From assembly GCA_964383585.1 (NCBI GenBank), contig CAYLHQ010000012.1:36714-100713 (forward strand): DNA of 64,000 bases. Reading direction: 5' to 3'. A program made the position numbers and the translations under genes. Below the pieces are notes generated by a model, which saw only the letters and a program-made list of their open reading frames with translations, searched no databases and had not been told where the DNA came from. This document shows, in pieces, positions 53,382-62,848 of this stretch. The DNA is from an uncultured Acidobacteriota bacterium. GTDB taxonomy: Bacteria > Acidobacteriota > Polarisedimenticolia > Polarisedimenticolales > DASRJG01. The first letter of the stretch is position 1; each line of letters opens with the position of its first letter.

Positions 53382-54868
53382 CGCACCCGGAACTCCCGGA
53401 CCGGCCTCCCGGGCTCGAGCACGTGGACCGCGCACGCGAGACAGGGATCGAACGACCGTACGATCCGGGCGAGGGGGAAGGGATTCTTCGGATCGGCGAC
53501 CGCGGTCCCGATCATCGCCTGCTCGATCGGTCCGGGCTTGCCGGCATCGTCGCGCGGGGAGGCGTTCCAGGTGGTCGGCACGACCGCCTGGTAGCGCGCG
53601 ATCACCCCGTTCCGGATCTCGATCCAGTGTCCGAGGGCCCCCCGAGCGGCGCACCAGAGGCCCATCCCGCGCGCCTCTTTCGGGATCTTGTGCTCGTTGC
53701 AGACCGGATCGTCGAGCTTCACCTCCATGACCATTGCGGTCAGCTCGTCCGCGATCACCTTGCACTCCACGGCACGCGCGAGGTGGCGTCCCATCACCGA
53801 GCAGAGGTCCCCGAGCTCGACGTCGAGCGTCGTCATGCACTCGTCGAGGAGTTTGACGACCTTCGGGTTCGATTTCGTGCGGTAGGCCAGCATCATCCGC
53901 GCGAGCGGCCCCACCTCGTAGGCGGACCCGTCGTAGCGGGGCGCCTTGAGCCAGCTGTACCCCCCCTTCTTGTCCGGGTTCGGGCTCGTCTCGCCCTCCG
54001 CCGGATGGAGCCCGCTCGGCGAGTCGTACCAGGACGAGGCGACGTCCTCGGCGATCTTCGCGGGATCGACCGGGCCCGGAACTCCCCCGGTCAACCGTCC
54101 CATCGGGAAGAATCGCTTCCGCTTCAGGACGTCGGGCTCGTCGTCGAGATCGAACAACCCGAACGAGAGGAAGTTCCCGCAGCCCTTCCCGAGCTGGAAG
54201 TGGTCCCGGTAGACCTGGGCGATCGTCAGCACGTCGGGAAGGTAGACGTTGTCGATGAAGTCGGTGAGTTCCTTGAGCCGCCACACCGAAGTCGTGACGT
54301 TGTCGAGCCGCGGGACGATCGTCACGCCGCCCGGGGCGAGCGAGGCCATGTGCGGCATCTTCCCCGACCAGATCGAGCACAGCTCGTGGGCCTTCAATCG
54401 GGCCTGGTAGGCCTGGATGTAGTGATCGATGAGCGCCTCGCGGACCGCGCGCGGCACCCGGTAGTCGGCCTCGTACCGCGGAACGAAAGGCGGCATGTCG
54501 GGCCCCTCGAAGTAGTCGAGGGCCGAGAGGTGGTAGAAGTGCAGCACGTGGGATTGGATGTAGTTCGCCCCCTGCATGAGGTTCCGGATCACGCGGCCGT
54601 TTCTCGGCGGCATGATGCCGAAGGCGTTTTCGAGGGCCTGGGAGGACGCGATGCCGTGGGGCGTCGGGCAGACGCCGCAGAACCGCTGCGAGATCTGGAT
54701 CGCGTCGAGCGGGTTGCGGCCGATGAGGATCTGCTCGAATCCGCGGTAGAGCGTCCCCTCGCACCGCGCGTCGACGACCTTCCCCTCCTCGACGGACGCC
54801 TCGATCTTGAGGTGCCCTTCGATGCGCGTCATCGGGTCGATGGAGACCTTGGTGGTGGACGTGCTCAC
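53378..54868 (-). CDS. [NiFe] hydrogenase large subunit
   Basis: The N-terminal Ni-binding region is RIEGH...QRFCGVCPTPH. The C-terminal region DPCLACAVH is followed by a 15-aa extension (protease substrate). The product is 496 aa. Confidence 0.92.
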   Translation of the reverse strand: MSTSTTKVSIDPMTRIEGHLKIEASVEEGKVVDARCEGTLYRGFEQILIGRNPLDAIQISQRFCGVCPTPHGIASSQALENAFGIMPPRNGRVIRNLMQGANYIQSHVLHFYHLSALDYFEGPDMPPFVPRYEADYRVPRAVREALIDHYIQAYQARLKAHELCSIWSGKMPHMASLAPGGVTIVPRLDNVTTSVWRLKELTDFIDNVYLPDVLTIAQVYRDHFQLGKGCGNFLSFGLFDLDDEPDVLKRKRFFPMGRLTGGVPGPVDPAKIAEDVASSWYDSPSGLHPAEGETSPNPDKKGGYSWLKAPRYDGSAYEVGPLARMMLAYRTKSNPKVVKLLDECMTTLDVELGDLCSVMGRHLARAVECKVIADELTAMVMEVKLDDPVCNEHKIPKEARGMGLWCAARGALGHWIEIRNGVIARYQAVVPTTWNASPRDDAGKPGPIEQAMIGTAVADPKNPFPLARIVRSFDPCLACAVHVLEPGRPVREFRVR

Positions 54869-54874
54869 GGCGGG

Positions 54875-55828
54875 TCACCTCCTCTGGTAGATGGGCGAGT
54901 GGGCGTCGGGGAACCCCTTCTCGGTGCAGCCGATGCAGGGGGCGTTCGCCCCGATGCACCAGTTCACGCTTCCGTTCCAACGGCGGATCGGACAGTCGGC
55001 GTTCGTGAACGGACCCTTGCAGCCGAGTTCGAGGAGGCACCCCTCCTCGCCGAACTTGGTCGCGAAGACGCCGTCGTCGAGGTAATCGCGATAGATGCAT
55101 CGGGCGTGCACCGAACGGCCGAAGAAGAGCTTGAGCCGGCCCTGTTCATCGAGCTCCTCCGGCTTCGGAAGGCCGTAGAGGAGGATCTTGGCGACCGTCC
55201 CGATGAACCAGTCCGGATGGCAGGGGCAGCCGGGGATGTTCACGACGGGGGTCTTGATCGCGCGGAGCGCGAAGAAGTCGGAAAGTCCCATGCACCCCGT
55301 CGGGTTGGGCGCCGCGGCGGGGAGACCTCCGTAGGCCGCGCAGGTGCCGACGGTGAGCGCCGCCAGGGCCTTCCGGCCGAAGCGGTCGATCCACTCCTGC
55401 ATCGGGACCGGCGTTCCTCCCTCGGACCCGATGTGACCGTACGCACCGTTCGCCTTGGTCGGGATCGCCCCCTCGACGATCAGCACGAACTTGCCCGCGT
55501 GGGTTTCGACCGCCTTCTTCGCCGCGTCGAGCGAGATCGAGCCGGTCGCCGCCATCAGCGTCCCGTGGTAGTTGACGATGAGGCGGTGGCCGGGAAGGAC
55601 CTGCTCGAGGATGACGTTTTTGATGCTCGGGTGGATCGTGTTGATGACCGAGACGGAACAGCCGCTGCACGCCGAGGCTTGGAGCCAGACGATCGGGTAC
55701 TCCCTGACCGCCCCCTCGAGCGCGAAGGCGAGGCGGCCGAGGAACTCCTCGGCCACCGCAGCGGCGACCGGGGCGGCGACGGCCCAGCGCACGAACTCCC
55801 TCCGTGAGATCCCGCGGGCGCGGCTCAT
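54875..55828 (-). CDS. [NiFe] hydrogenase small subunit with a twin-arginine signal peptide
   Basis: ATG 55828 follows GGAAGGAGG. The Tat motif is SRREFV. Fe-S cluster ligand motifs are CSGCSVS, GTCAAYGG, PGCPCHPDW, CLLELGCKGPFTNADCP and WCIGANAPCIGC. There is no C-terminal hydrophobic anchor. Confidence 0.9.
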   Translation of the reverse strand: MSRARGISRREFVRWAVAAPVAAAVAEEFLGRLAFALEGAVREYPIVWLQASACSGCSVSVINTIHPSIKNVILEQVLPGHRLIVNYHGTLMAATGSISLDAAKKAVETHAGKFVLIVEGAIPTKANGAYGHIGSEGGTPVPMQEWIDRFGRKALAALTVGTCAAYGGLPAAAPNPTGCMGLSDFFALRAIKTPVVNIPGCPCHPDWFIGTVAKILLYGLPKPEELDEQGRLKLFFGRSVHARCIYRDYLDDGVFATKFGEEGCLLELGCKGPFTNADCPIRRWNGSVNWCIGANAPCIGCTEKGFPDAHSPIYQRR

Positions 55829-56050
55829 CGAGGCCTCCTTCCTGTCGAGATTCTCGGCACCGGCGTTGAAAATCCCCACACCCCACCCTTTCGCTCCGCA
55901 AATCCGAGGAACGGAAAAGCGGCGCTCTCATGGACCTTTCGCCCGGCCGTCGTTCCGAGAGTTCCGGCGTCCGGTCCTCGGGAGGGGTTTGGAGGCAATC
56001 CCGATGCCCGGCGGTGGGGGGTGCGGAGCGGCCCGGCGAGCGCGCGGCGG

Positions 56051-57667
56051 TCAGACGGCCGACGTCGCCCGCGCACGCATCGGGAGCCGGTCGTCGACGG
56101 CCCGGAGAAACGCGTCGATCCCCTCTCCGCGGACGGCGGAGAGGAGCCACGCCTCGCGCCCGTCGAGGAGCGCGTTCCTCCGCTCTTCATCGATCAGGTC
56201 GGCCTTCGTGAACACGAGCATCCTCGGGATGTCGAGGTACTCGAGGTCGCGCAGGATCCCCTCGACCGCCGCGATCTGCGCCTCGTAGCGCGGGTGCGAT
56301 CCGTCGACCAGGTGAACGAGGAGGTCCGAGCCCTCGATCTCTTCGAGCGTCGCCCGGAAGGCGGCGATCAGGTCCTTCGGGAGGTCGCGGATGAACCCGA
56401 CCGTGTCGTTGATCACGATGTCCCGTTCCCGGGGGAGCCGGAGCCTCCGGCTCGACGGGTCGAGCGTCGCGAACATCCGGTGCTCGACGAAGACCTCGCT
56501 CTTGGTCAGCACGTTGAGGAGGGTGCTCTTCCCCGCGTTCGTGTACCCGACGAGGGAAACGACGGGGACGTCGCGCTCCTTCCGCCGCGCCCTGCGCTGT
56601 TCGCGCCGCGTCCTCTCCGCGGCGAGCTGCTTCTCGAGATGGCGGATGCGGTCGCGCACGCGCCGCCGGTCGATCTCGAGCTTCTGCTCTCCGGGTCCGC
56701 GCCCGCCGATCCCCCCCTCGAGGCGGGAGAGCCCCGAGTCGCCGCGCGTCATGAGGCGCGGAAGCAGGTACTTGAGCTGCGCGAGCTCCACTTGGATCTT
56801 CCCCTCGGCGGTCTTCGCGCGACGGGCGAAGATGTCGAGGATCAACTGCGAGCGGTCGAGCACCTTGAGCGCGGTCGCCTCGGCGAGGGCCCGCGCCTGC
56901 GCCGGGGAAAGGTCCTGGTCGGCGACGATGTAGTCGGCCTGGAGCCGCGAGGCGCGCACGATCAGGTCCTGGAGCCGCCCCGAGCCGATCCAGGTCCGCG
57001 CGTCGTACGCCTGCCGCCTCTGGAGAATCCGGTCGACGACGCCGAGATCCGCCGACGCGGCGAGCTCTTCGAGCTCGTTCATCGACTCCTCCGCGAGCGC
57101 CCGGCTTCCCGTCGTGACGTGGACGAGGATCGCCCGTCCCGACTTCCCCGCGACCTTCGTGCGCGTCCTCCGGCGGTCGAACTCGCGTTCGAGCGCGCGG
57201 ATCATCTCGAGGAAGTCGTCGTCGATGACCCCGGCCGGCCGCGGAGGGAAGACGCGGTAGCGGCCGCCGTCGGCGACGACGTCTTCGATCTCCCGCTCGC
57301 GACGCCTCCGGGCTCCCTCCCGACCGAGCGGCACGACGGCGCCCCTGGGAAGCGCCGGAAGCGAGGGCTCCGCCGGCGGAGGGGGCGACTGCTCGTCGGC
57401 CGGAAGGAGGTGCGCCACGCGGACCGGACCGGGGGCCCCGTCTTCCTCGACCGCCACGAGGGCCATCGCGTCGAGGCGATGGAGGGCGAGGGGAAGGAGG
57501 TCCGCAGCGGAGAGCGGGTCGTCCGCGGCGCGCGTGGCGATCCACCGGAGCGTGCAGAAGCGTTCCCTTCCGGCGGGGGCGCTGGGCTCCCGCGGGACCC
57601 GGACCGACTTCGCGTCGCCGAGGCTCACCGCCTCGACCCGTCCCGCGCGGTCCACGAGGACCCCCAC
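56051..57667 (-). CDS. hflX: GTPase HflX (annotated from the first canonical start; the true N-terminus is probably further upstream)
   Basis: The HflX N-domain reads DRSQLILDIFARRAKTAEGKIQVELAQLKYLLPRL. The G-domain has GYTNAGKSTLLN, DTVGF and TKAD. The in-frame sequence upstream of GTG 57667 (to 57886) still reads like a long-form HflX N-terminus. Confidence 0.85.
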   Translation of the reverse strand: MGVLVDRAGRVEAVSLGDAKSVRVPREPSAPAGRERFCTLRWIATRAADDPLSAADLLPLALHRLDAMALVAVEEDGAPGPVRVAHLLPADEQSPPPPAEPSLPALPRGAVVPLGREGARRRREREIEDVVADGGRYRVFPPRPAGVIDDDFLEMIRALEREFDRRRTRTKVAGKSGRAILVHVTTGSRALAEESMNELEELAASADLGVVDRILQRRQAYDARTWIGSGRLQDLIVRASRLQADYIVADQDLSPAQARALAEATALKVLDRSQLILDIFARRAKTAEGKIQVELAQLKYLLPRLMTRGDSGLSRLEGGIGGRGPGEQKLEIDRRRVRDRIRHLEKQLAAERTRREQRRARRKERDVPVVSLVGYTNAGKSTLLNVLTKSEVFVEHRMFATLDPSSRRLRLPRERDIVINDTVGFIRDLPKDLIAAFRATLEEIEGSDLLVHLVDGSHPRYEAQIAAVEGILRDLEYLDIPRMLVFTKADLIDEERRNALLDGREAWLLSAVRGEGIDAFLRAVDDRLPMRARATSAV

Positions 57668-57902
57668 GAGCCGGTTGAGATCGCGGGTGACGGCGGCGAG
57701 CTCGCGGGCGAGGTCGTGGCTGACGACCGAATGGGGCGGAACCTTGCGGCGGTACAGACGCTCGAGGCGGTCGCGTTCCGCGTGGGACAGCCCGTGCAGG
57801 TTCCCGTGGACGGTGTGAATCTCTCGCGACCTCCGCGGGGCCGGATCGGCCCGCGAAGAACGGTGTACCGCGAGCGGCCCCGGACTTCAAGCCCGGCGGG
57901 TG

Positions 57903-58865
57903 TCAGATCCTCCCGACGAAGTGGGTCCCCGCCCTCCCCTCGATCGCGTCCGGGAGGCTCGGGGGGTCGGTGATGAGGGCGCGGCGCCCCCCCGACTCGA
58001 GGAAGTGGATCACCGCCTCGATCTTCGGCCCCATGCTCCCGGGAGGGAAGTGCCCCTCGGCGTGGAGCCGCTCGATCTCCTCCAGCGTGACGGCGCCCAG
58101 GGGACGTTGGTCGGGCTTCCCGAAGTTCACGTAGACCTTCGGCTCCGCCGTGAGGATGATCAGGAGGGCCGCCCCGATGTTCGCCGCGAGGACGCTCGAC
58201 GTGAGGTCCTTGTCGATCACCGCCTCGATCCCGACGTATTTCCCGTCGTGGTCCTTCTTGATCGGGATTCCGCCGCCCCCGCACGCGACGACGATGTGCC
58301 CCTGCCTCGCGGCGTCGCGGATCATCTGCCGCTGGACGACCCGGAGCGGCCTCGGGGAGGGGACGAGCCGCCGCCAGCCGCGACCGGAGTCTTCGCGGAT
58401 CTTCCAGCCCATCGTGTCCCGCCGCCTCTCGGCCTCCTCCCGGGTCAGAAACGGCCCGATCGGCTTGTTGGGATCGGTGAAGGCGGGATCGCTCTCCTCG
58501 ACGAGCACCTGCGTCACCACGGTGACGACGTACCGCTGCACGTTCCGCCTGCGCAACTGGTTCAGAAGCGCCTGCTGGAGGATGTACCCGAGGCTCCCCT
58601 CGGTCATCGAGACGAGCACGTCGAGCGGCATGATCGGAACTTCGTCCCGGGCCTTCTCTTGCTGGATCAGGAGGCTCCCGACCTGCGGGCCGTTCCCGTG
58701 GGTGATGACGAGGTGGTAGTCTTTCTCCACGAGCGACATCAGGAGCTGCGCGATGATCTCCGCGTTCCGCTCGTGCTCTTCGATCGTCCCCCGCTCCCCC
58801 TTCTGCATGAAGGCGTGGCCGCCCATGGCGACGAGGACGATCGGCTTTCCCTGTGGTTCCGTCAT
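57903..58865 (-). CDS. arcC: carbamate kinase
   Basis: IVLVAMGGHAFMQ...VITHGNGPQVG...GGGGIP...IDKDL... are carbamate kinase signatures. The product is 320 aa. Confidence 0.9.
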   Translation of the reverse strand: MTEPQGKPIVLVAMGGHAFMQKGERGTIEEHERNAEIIAQLLMSLVEKDYHLVITHGNGPQVGSLLIQQEKARDEVPIMPLDVLVSMTEGSLGYILQQALLNQLRRRNVQRYVVTVVTQVLVEESDPAFTDPNKPIGPFLTREEAERRRDTMGWKIREDSGRGWRRLVPSPRPLRVVQRQMIRDAARQGHIVVACGGGGIPIKKDHDGKYVGIEAVIDKDLTSSVLAANIGAALLIILTAEPKVYVNFGKPDQRPLGAVTLEEIERLHAEGHFPPGSMGPKIEAVIHFLESGGRRALITDPPSLPDAIEGRAGTHFVGRI

Positions 58866-58941
58866 GGCGCCAGTCTAGCCCCTTTGAACTTCCCCCGCCT
58901 TTCGGTCAAGATGCCAGGGACTCGAGAGGAAAGGAGATCCC

Positions 58942-60987
58942 ATGGCCCGAAAGCCCGTCGCGGCCGCCCCCGCCCGCGTTCTGCCCGGCCCGAAGACCGG
59001 CGTCCCGCCCGAGGTCTACCTCAAGCTGCTCCGCAAGATGCTCGAGGTGTATTACACCGAGGAGCGCCTCAAGCTCTTCGTCCGTGCCGGGAAGGTCTCG
59101 TTCCACGCCTCCACCCGCGGCCACGAGAAACTGCAAATCGCGACCTCCATGCTCCTCGAGCCGGGCAAGGACTGGTTCTTCCCCTACTACCGCGAGAAGG
59201 CCCTCATGATCGGTCTCGGGATGAGCCCGAAGGACGTCTTCCTCCACATGCTGTCCAAGGCCGACGATCCGTGCGGCAACGGGCGGAACATGAGCGAGCA
59301 CTTCTCGAGCCGCGCGCTCCGCGTCGTCTCTCCCACCGCCTGCACCGGCACGCAGTACCTCCAGGCCGTCGGGATGGCGAAGGGGGTGAAGGCCGAGAAG
59401 GGGGACGAGATCGTCTACGTGTCTTCGGGAGAGGGGGCGACCTCCGAGGGGGAGTTCTTCGAGGCGCTCAACTACGCGGGGAGGGACCGGCTCCCCGTCC
59501 TCTTCATGATCCAAAACAACGGCTACGCGATCAGCGTCCCCCAGAGCGTCCAGACGGGGACGGAGATCCACACCGTGGCGAAGGGCTTCGGCGTGCGGTC
59601 GATCGAGGTCGACGGGACCCGCTTCACCGACATGTACACGGCGCTCGCGCCGCTCGTGAAGGAGATGCGCGGCGGTTCGGGGCCGCTCCTCGTCGAGGCC
59701 CACGTCGTGCGCCTCGACTCCCACTCCTCCTCGGACGACCAACTGAAGTACCGGAGCGAGGAGGAACTCGAGAAGATCCGCGAGCGCGACCCCGTCGCCC
59801 ACACCCAGGGGCGCGTCCTGTCCTGGGGGCTCATCGACGAGAAGGGTCTCGAGGCGCTCCACGCCGAGATCAAGGCCTCCGTCGACCGGGCCGCCGACGA
59901 GGCGGACGCGGCGCCGGCTCCCGATCCCTCGATCGCCGCGCTCCACGTCTTCTCCGGGAAGAGTCCGGTCGAGAGCGAACGGGCGCCGAAGGCGATCTCC
60001 TCCGCCCCGATCACGATGATCGACGCGCTGAATCACGGCTTGCGGGAGGAGATGGAGCGGAACCCGAAGATCGTCATGTGGGGCGAGGACATCGCGGACC
60101 CGAAGGGAGGGGTCTTCGGCGTCACCCGGGGGCTGACCGACGCCTTCCCCGGCCGCGTGGAGAACTCCCCGCTCGCCGAGGCGACGATCGTCGGGGTCGC
60201 GAAGGGGATGGCGATCCGCGGCTACAAGCCGGTCGTCGAAATGCAGTTCTCCGATTACTCCTTCCCCGCCTTCATGCAGATCCGGAACGAGATCTCGACC
60301 TTGCGCTGGAGGAGCGGCGGCGCCTGGTCGTGCCCCGTCGTCGTGCGGATGGCGACCGGCGGGTACATCCGGGGAGGACCGTTCCACAGCCAGTCGCCGG
60401 AATCCCTCTACGTCCACACCCCCGGTTGGTACGTCGTCTATCCCTCGAACGCGGAGGACGCCAAGGGCCTGATCAAGACCGCCTGCCGAATCGACGACCC
60501 CGTGATCTTCCTCGAGCACAAGGGGCTCTACCGCCAGGTCTTCTCGAAGTCTCCGGAACCCGACGCCGACTTCCTGATCCCGTTCGGGAAGGCGAAGATC
60601 GTGCGGAGCGGGACCGATCTGACGGCGATCACCTGGGGGAGCGGCGTGATCCGCTGCCTGCGTGCGGCGGACGCCCTGGAGCGGGAGGGATTCTCGGTCG
60701 AGGTGATCGACCTCAGGACGCTCGTCCCGCTCGACGAGGAGACGTGCCTCGCCTCCGTCAAGAAGACCGGCAAGTGCATCGTGGTCCACGAAGCGCCGGT
60801 CCTCGGCGGGTTCGGGGGAGAGGTCGCCGCCCGGATCGCGTCGGGGGCCTTCGAGCACCTCGACGCGCCGGTGCGTCGCTGCGGCGCCAAGGACGCCTTT
60901 CCGCCGTATGCTCCCTCCCTCGAGGCGGCGGTCCTGCCGTCCCAGGAGGACGTGACGGAAGCCATCCGGGAGCTCGCAACCTGGTGA
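58942..60987 (+). CDS. 2-oxoacid dehydrogenase E1 component, fused alpha and beta subunits
   Basis: The alpha part has a TPP-binding region (SSGEGATSEGEFFEALNYA...NNGYAISVP). The beta part reads ITMIDALNHGLREEM...GEDI...FGVTRGL...RVENSPLAEA. The whole is a single 681-aa ORF. Confidence 0.85.
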   Translation: MARKPVAAAPARVLPGPKTGVPPEVYLKLLRKMLEVYYTEERLKLFVRAGKVSFHASTRGHEKLQIATSMLLEPGKDWFFPYYREKALMIGLGMSPKDVFLHMLSKADDPCGNGRNMSEHFSSRALRVVSPTACTGTQYLQAVGMAKGVKAEKGDEIVYVSSGEGATSEGEFFEALNYAGRDRLPVLFMIQNNGYAISVPQSVQTGTEIHTVAKGFGVRSIEVDGTRFTDMYTALAPLVKEMRGGSGPLLVEAHVVRLDSHSSSDDQLKYRSEEELEKIRERDPVAHTQGRVLSWGLIDEKGLEALHAEIKASVDRAADEADAAPAPDPSIAALHVFSGKSPVESERAPKAISSAPITMIDALNHGLREEMERNPKIVMWGEDIADPKGGVFGVTRGLTDAFPGRVENSPLAEATIVGVAKGMAIRGYKPVVEMQFSDYSFPAFMQIRNEISTLRWRSGGAWSCPVVVRMATGGYIRGGPFHSQSPESLYVHTPGWYVVYPSNAEDAKGLIKTACRIDDPVIFLEHKGLYRQVFSKSPEPDADFLIPFGKAKIVRSGTDLTAITWGSGVIRCLRAADALEREGFSVEVIDLRTLVPLDEETCLASVKKTGKCIVVHEAPVLGGFGGEVAARIASGAFEHLDAPVRRCGAKDAFPPYAPSLEAAVLPSQEDVTEAIRELATW

Positions 60988-60997
60988 GGAGGGCAGC

Positions 60998-61255
60998 ATG
61001 AGCCGTGGGCGCGTGGGCATCCTGGTGTATCTGGTCGTGAGCGTGCTGCTCGGCCTCGGAGCGGGCGAGTGGTTCTTCCGAATGTTCGATCAGGTCGTGC
61101 CGAAGGCGGTTTCCACCGATTTCAACCGGGCCGCGGCGCGGGCCTATTTTTTGTTCAACGGCGCTCTGCTGGGAGTCGGGATGTGCCTCTGGGGTCTGCT
61201 CGCCGTACTCCTCGCGCCGGTCCTGCGCGACAAGCCCGCGAGCCCCGAGCCGTGA
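60998..61255 (+). CDS. small two-TM membrane protein (85 aa)
   Basis: ATG 60998 follows GAGGAGGG. There are two hydrophobic helices. Its stop overlaps the next start (GTGA at 61252-55). Confidence 0.45.
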   Translation: MSRGRVGILVYLVVSVLLGLGAGEWFFRMFDQVVPKAVSTDFNRAAARAYFLFNGALLGVGMCLWGLLAVLLAPVLRDKPASPEP

Positions 61256-62097
61256 CCGCCCTCGCCCCCGGGCTGCTCCGCGGGAAGACCGCCTGGGTCA
61301 CGGGAGGCGGTTCGGGTCTCGGGCGGGCGATGGCGACCCGGTTCGCGTCGCTCGGAGCGAGCGTCGCCCTTTCGGGCCGGCGCGAAGAGCCGCTTCGCGA
61401 GACGGCGGAGGCGATCCGCGCGGCGGGGGGAGACGCGGTCTGGGCGCCGTGCGACGTGCGGGTCCCCGACGAGGTTGCGGCCGCGCTCGACCGGATCACG
61501 GAGTCGGCCGCGCTTCCCGACATCCTGGTCAACAACGCGGCCGGGAACTTCCTCGCGCGCTCGGAGGATCTCTCCCCGAACGCCTTCGCGTCGGTCGTCG
61601 GGATCGTCCTCCACGGGACCTTCCACTGCACCCAGACGATCGCGAAGCGCTGGATCGCGGCGAAGCGCGGAGGGACGGTCCTCTCGATCGCGACGACCTA
61701 CGCCGAGACCGGGTCCGGGTTCGTCCTCCCCTCCGCGTGCGCGAAAGCGGGTGTCGTCGCCCTCACGCGATCGCTCGCGGTCGAGTGGGCGCGCCACGGG
61801 ATCCGCCTGAACGCGATCGCCCCGGGGCCGATCCCGACGGAAGGGGCGTTCTCGCGCCTCCTCCCGTCGAAGGACCTCGAGGCCGAGCGGAAGAAGCGGA
61901 TCCCGGCGGGGCGGTTCGGCACGCCGGAAGAGCTCGCGGAAGTCGCGGCCTTCCTCGTGTCCGACGCCTGCGACTGGATGCGGGGCGAAGTCGTGACGTT
62001 CGACGGCGGCGAGTGGCTCCGCGGCGCCGGGGAGTTCAACGACCTCCTGGAGATGCCCGAGCCGGTGTGGGAGATGTTGCGGAAGAAGAAGGGGTGA
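61252..62097 (+). CDS. short-chain dehydrogenase/reductase (2,4-dienoyl-CoA reductase-like)
   Basis: GKTAWVTGGGSGLGRAMA..., NNAAGNF, and S...K active-site spacing (CAKAGV). Confidence 0.8.
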   Translation: MTALAPGLLRGKTAWVTGGGSGLGRAMATRFASLGASVALSGRREEPLRETAEAIRAAGGDAVWAPCDVRVPDEVAAALDRITESAALPDILVNNAAGNFLARSEDLSPNAFASVVGIVLHGTFHCTQTIAKRWIAAKRGGTVLSIATTYAETGSGFVLPSACAKAGVVALTRSLAVEWARHGIRLNAIAPGPIPTEGAFSRLLPSKDLEAERKKRIPAGRFGTPEELAEVAAFLVSDACDWMRGEVVTFDGGEWLRGAGEFNDLLEMPEPVWEMLRKKKG

Positions 62098-62792
62098 GCG
62101 TCTTCCTCGTCACCGGGGCGGCGCGCGGGCTCGGCCTCGAGATGGTCCGGCAACTTCTCGAGTCGGGGCACAGGGTCGTTGCCTGCCCCCGTCGCGCCGA
62201 GTCGTGCGGCCTCGACGCCCTTTCGGTCGCCCACGCGTCGGCGCTCTGGATCGTCCCCATGGACGTGACCGACGGGCCCTCGGTGCGGGAGGCGGCACGC
62301 CGGGTCTCGTCGCGCGTTCCCCACCTCGACGTGCTGGTCAACAACGCCGGGGTTCTCCATCGCGGAGAACCTTCGGTCGAGGCGCTCGATTTCTCGGGTC
62401 TCGAAGATGCCTACCGCGTGAACGCCCTCGGGGCGCTCCGCGTCACGGCGGGGTTCCTCCCCCTCCTCCGGAAGGGAGCGGGCAAGAGGATCGTCAACGT
62501 CTCGTCGCTCATGGGCTCGATCGAGGACAATGCGAGCGGCGGCGCCTACGGGTACCGGATGTCCAAGGCGGCGCTCAACATCGCGACGAAGAATCTCGCG
62601 ATCGAGTTGAAGGGCGATGGGTTCGTCGTCGTTGCGATGCACCCGGGGTGGGTCCGCACACGGATGGGAGGGGAACGGGCGCCGCTCGACATCGAGCCCG
62701 CCGTCCGGGAGCTGCTGGCGACCGCCCTCTCGGCCGGACCCGACCGGAGCGGCGGGTTCTACGGCCCGGGAGGAACGAGGTTGCGTTGGTAA
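62094..62792 (+). CDS. short-chain dehydrogenase/reductase (CsgA/C-factor-like subgroup)
   Basis: GTGA overlap with the previous SDR. Motifs are VFLVTGAARGLGLEMVRQL, NNAG and YRMSKAALN. Confidence 0.8.
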   Translation: MSVFLVTGAARGLGLEMVRQLLESGHRVVACPRRAESCGLDALSVAHASALWIVPMDVTDGPSVREAARRVSSRVPHLDVLVNNAGVLHRGEPSVEALDFSGLEDAYRVNALGALRVTAGFLPLLRKGAGKRIVNVSSLMGSIEDNASGGAYGYRMSKAALNIATKNLAIELKGDGFVVVAMHPGWVRTRMGGERAPLDIEPAVRELLATALSAGPDRSGGFYGPGGTRLRW

Positions 62793-62848
62793 GAAAAGGG
62801 GACTGGCACCTTTTCACGGCTGTGAAAAGGTGCCAGTCCCCTTTTCTT
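62791..62848. repeat. perfect 27-bp-arm palindrome of the GGGGACTGGCACCTTTTC family; bidirectional terminator-like
   Basis: AAGAAAAGGGGACTGGCACCTTTTCAC (62791-62817) pairs with GTGAAAAGGTGCCAGTCCCCTTTTCTT (62822-62848) around a 4-nt loop. It fills the entire gap between the convergent stop codons (TAA 62790-92 and TGA complement 62848-50). Confidence 0.8.

Noticed and set aside
53378-54868. Whether the hydrogenase is a [NiFeSe] enzyme with an in-frame TGA selenocysteine codon.
   Set aside because: The C-terminal motif reads DPCLACAVH with ordinary Cys codons, and the ORF has no internal TGA.
55953-55965. A possible third copy of the MITE-like element upstream of the hydrogenase operon. The 12-nt string TCCGAGAGTTCC matches the reverse complement of 2071-2082, and the similarly spaced CATGG and C-rich/G-rich flanks (55874-55887 versus 56012-56025) can pair.
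   Set aside because: Outside the 12-mer the flanks do not align with either copy. The polarity of the C-rich and G-rich ends is opposite to that of the element's terminal repeats. I treat it as chance similarity or an unrelated local structure unless a search shows otherwise.
57900-61001. A 1033-aa plus-strand ORF spanning the arcC and E1 loci.
   Set aside because: It is antisense to arcC and out of frame with the E1 gene. Both real genes have strong family signatures, and this ORF has none.
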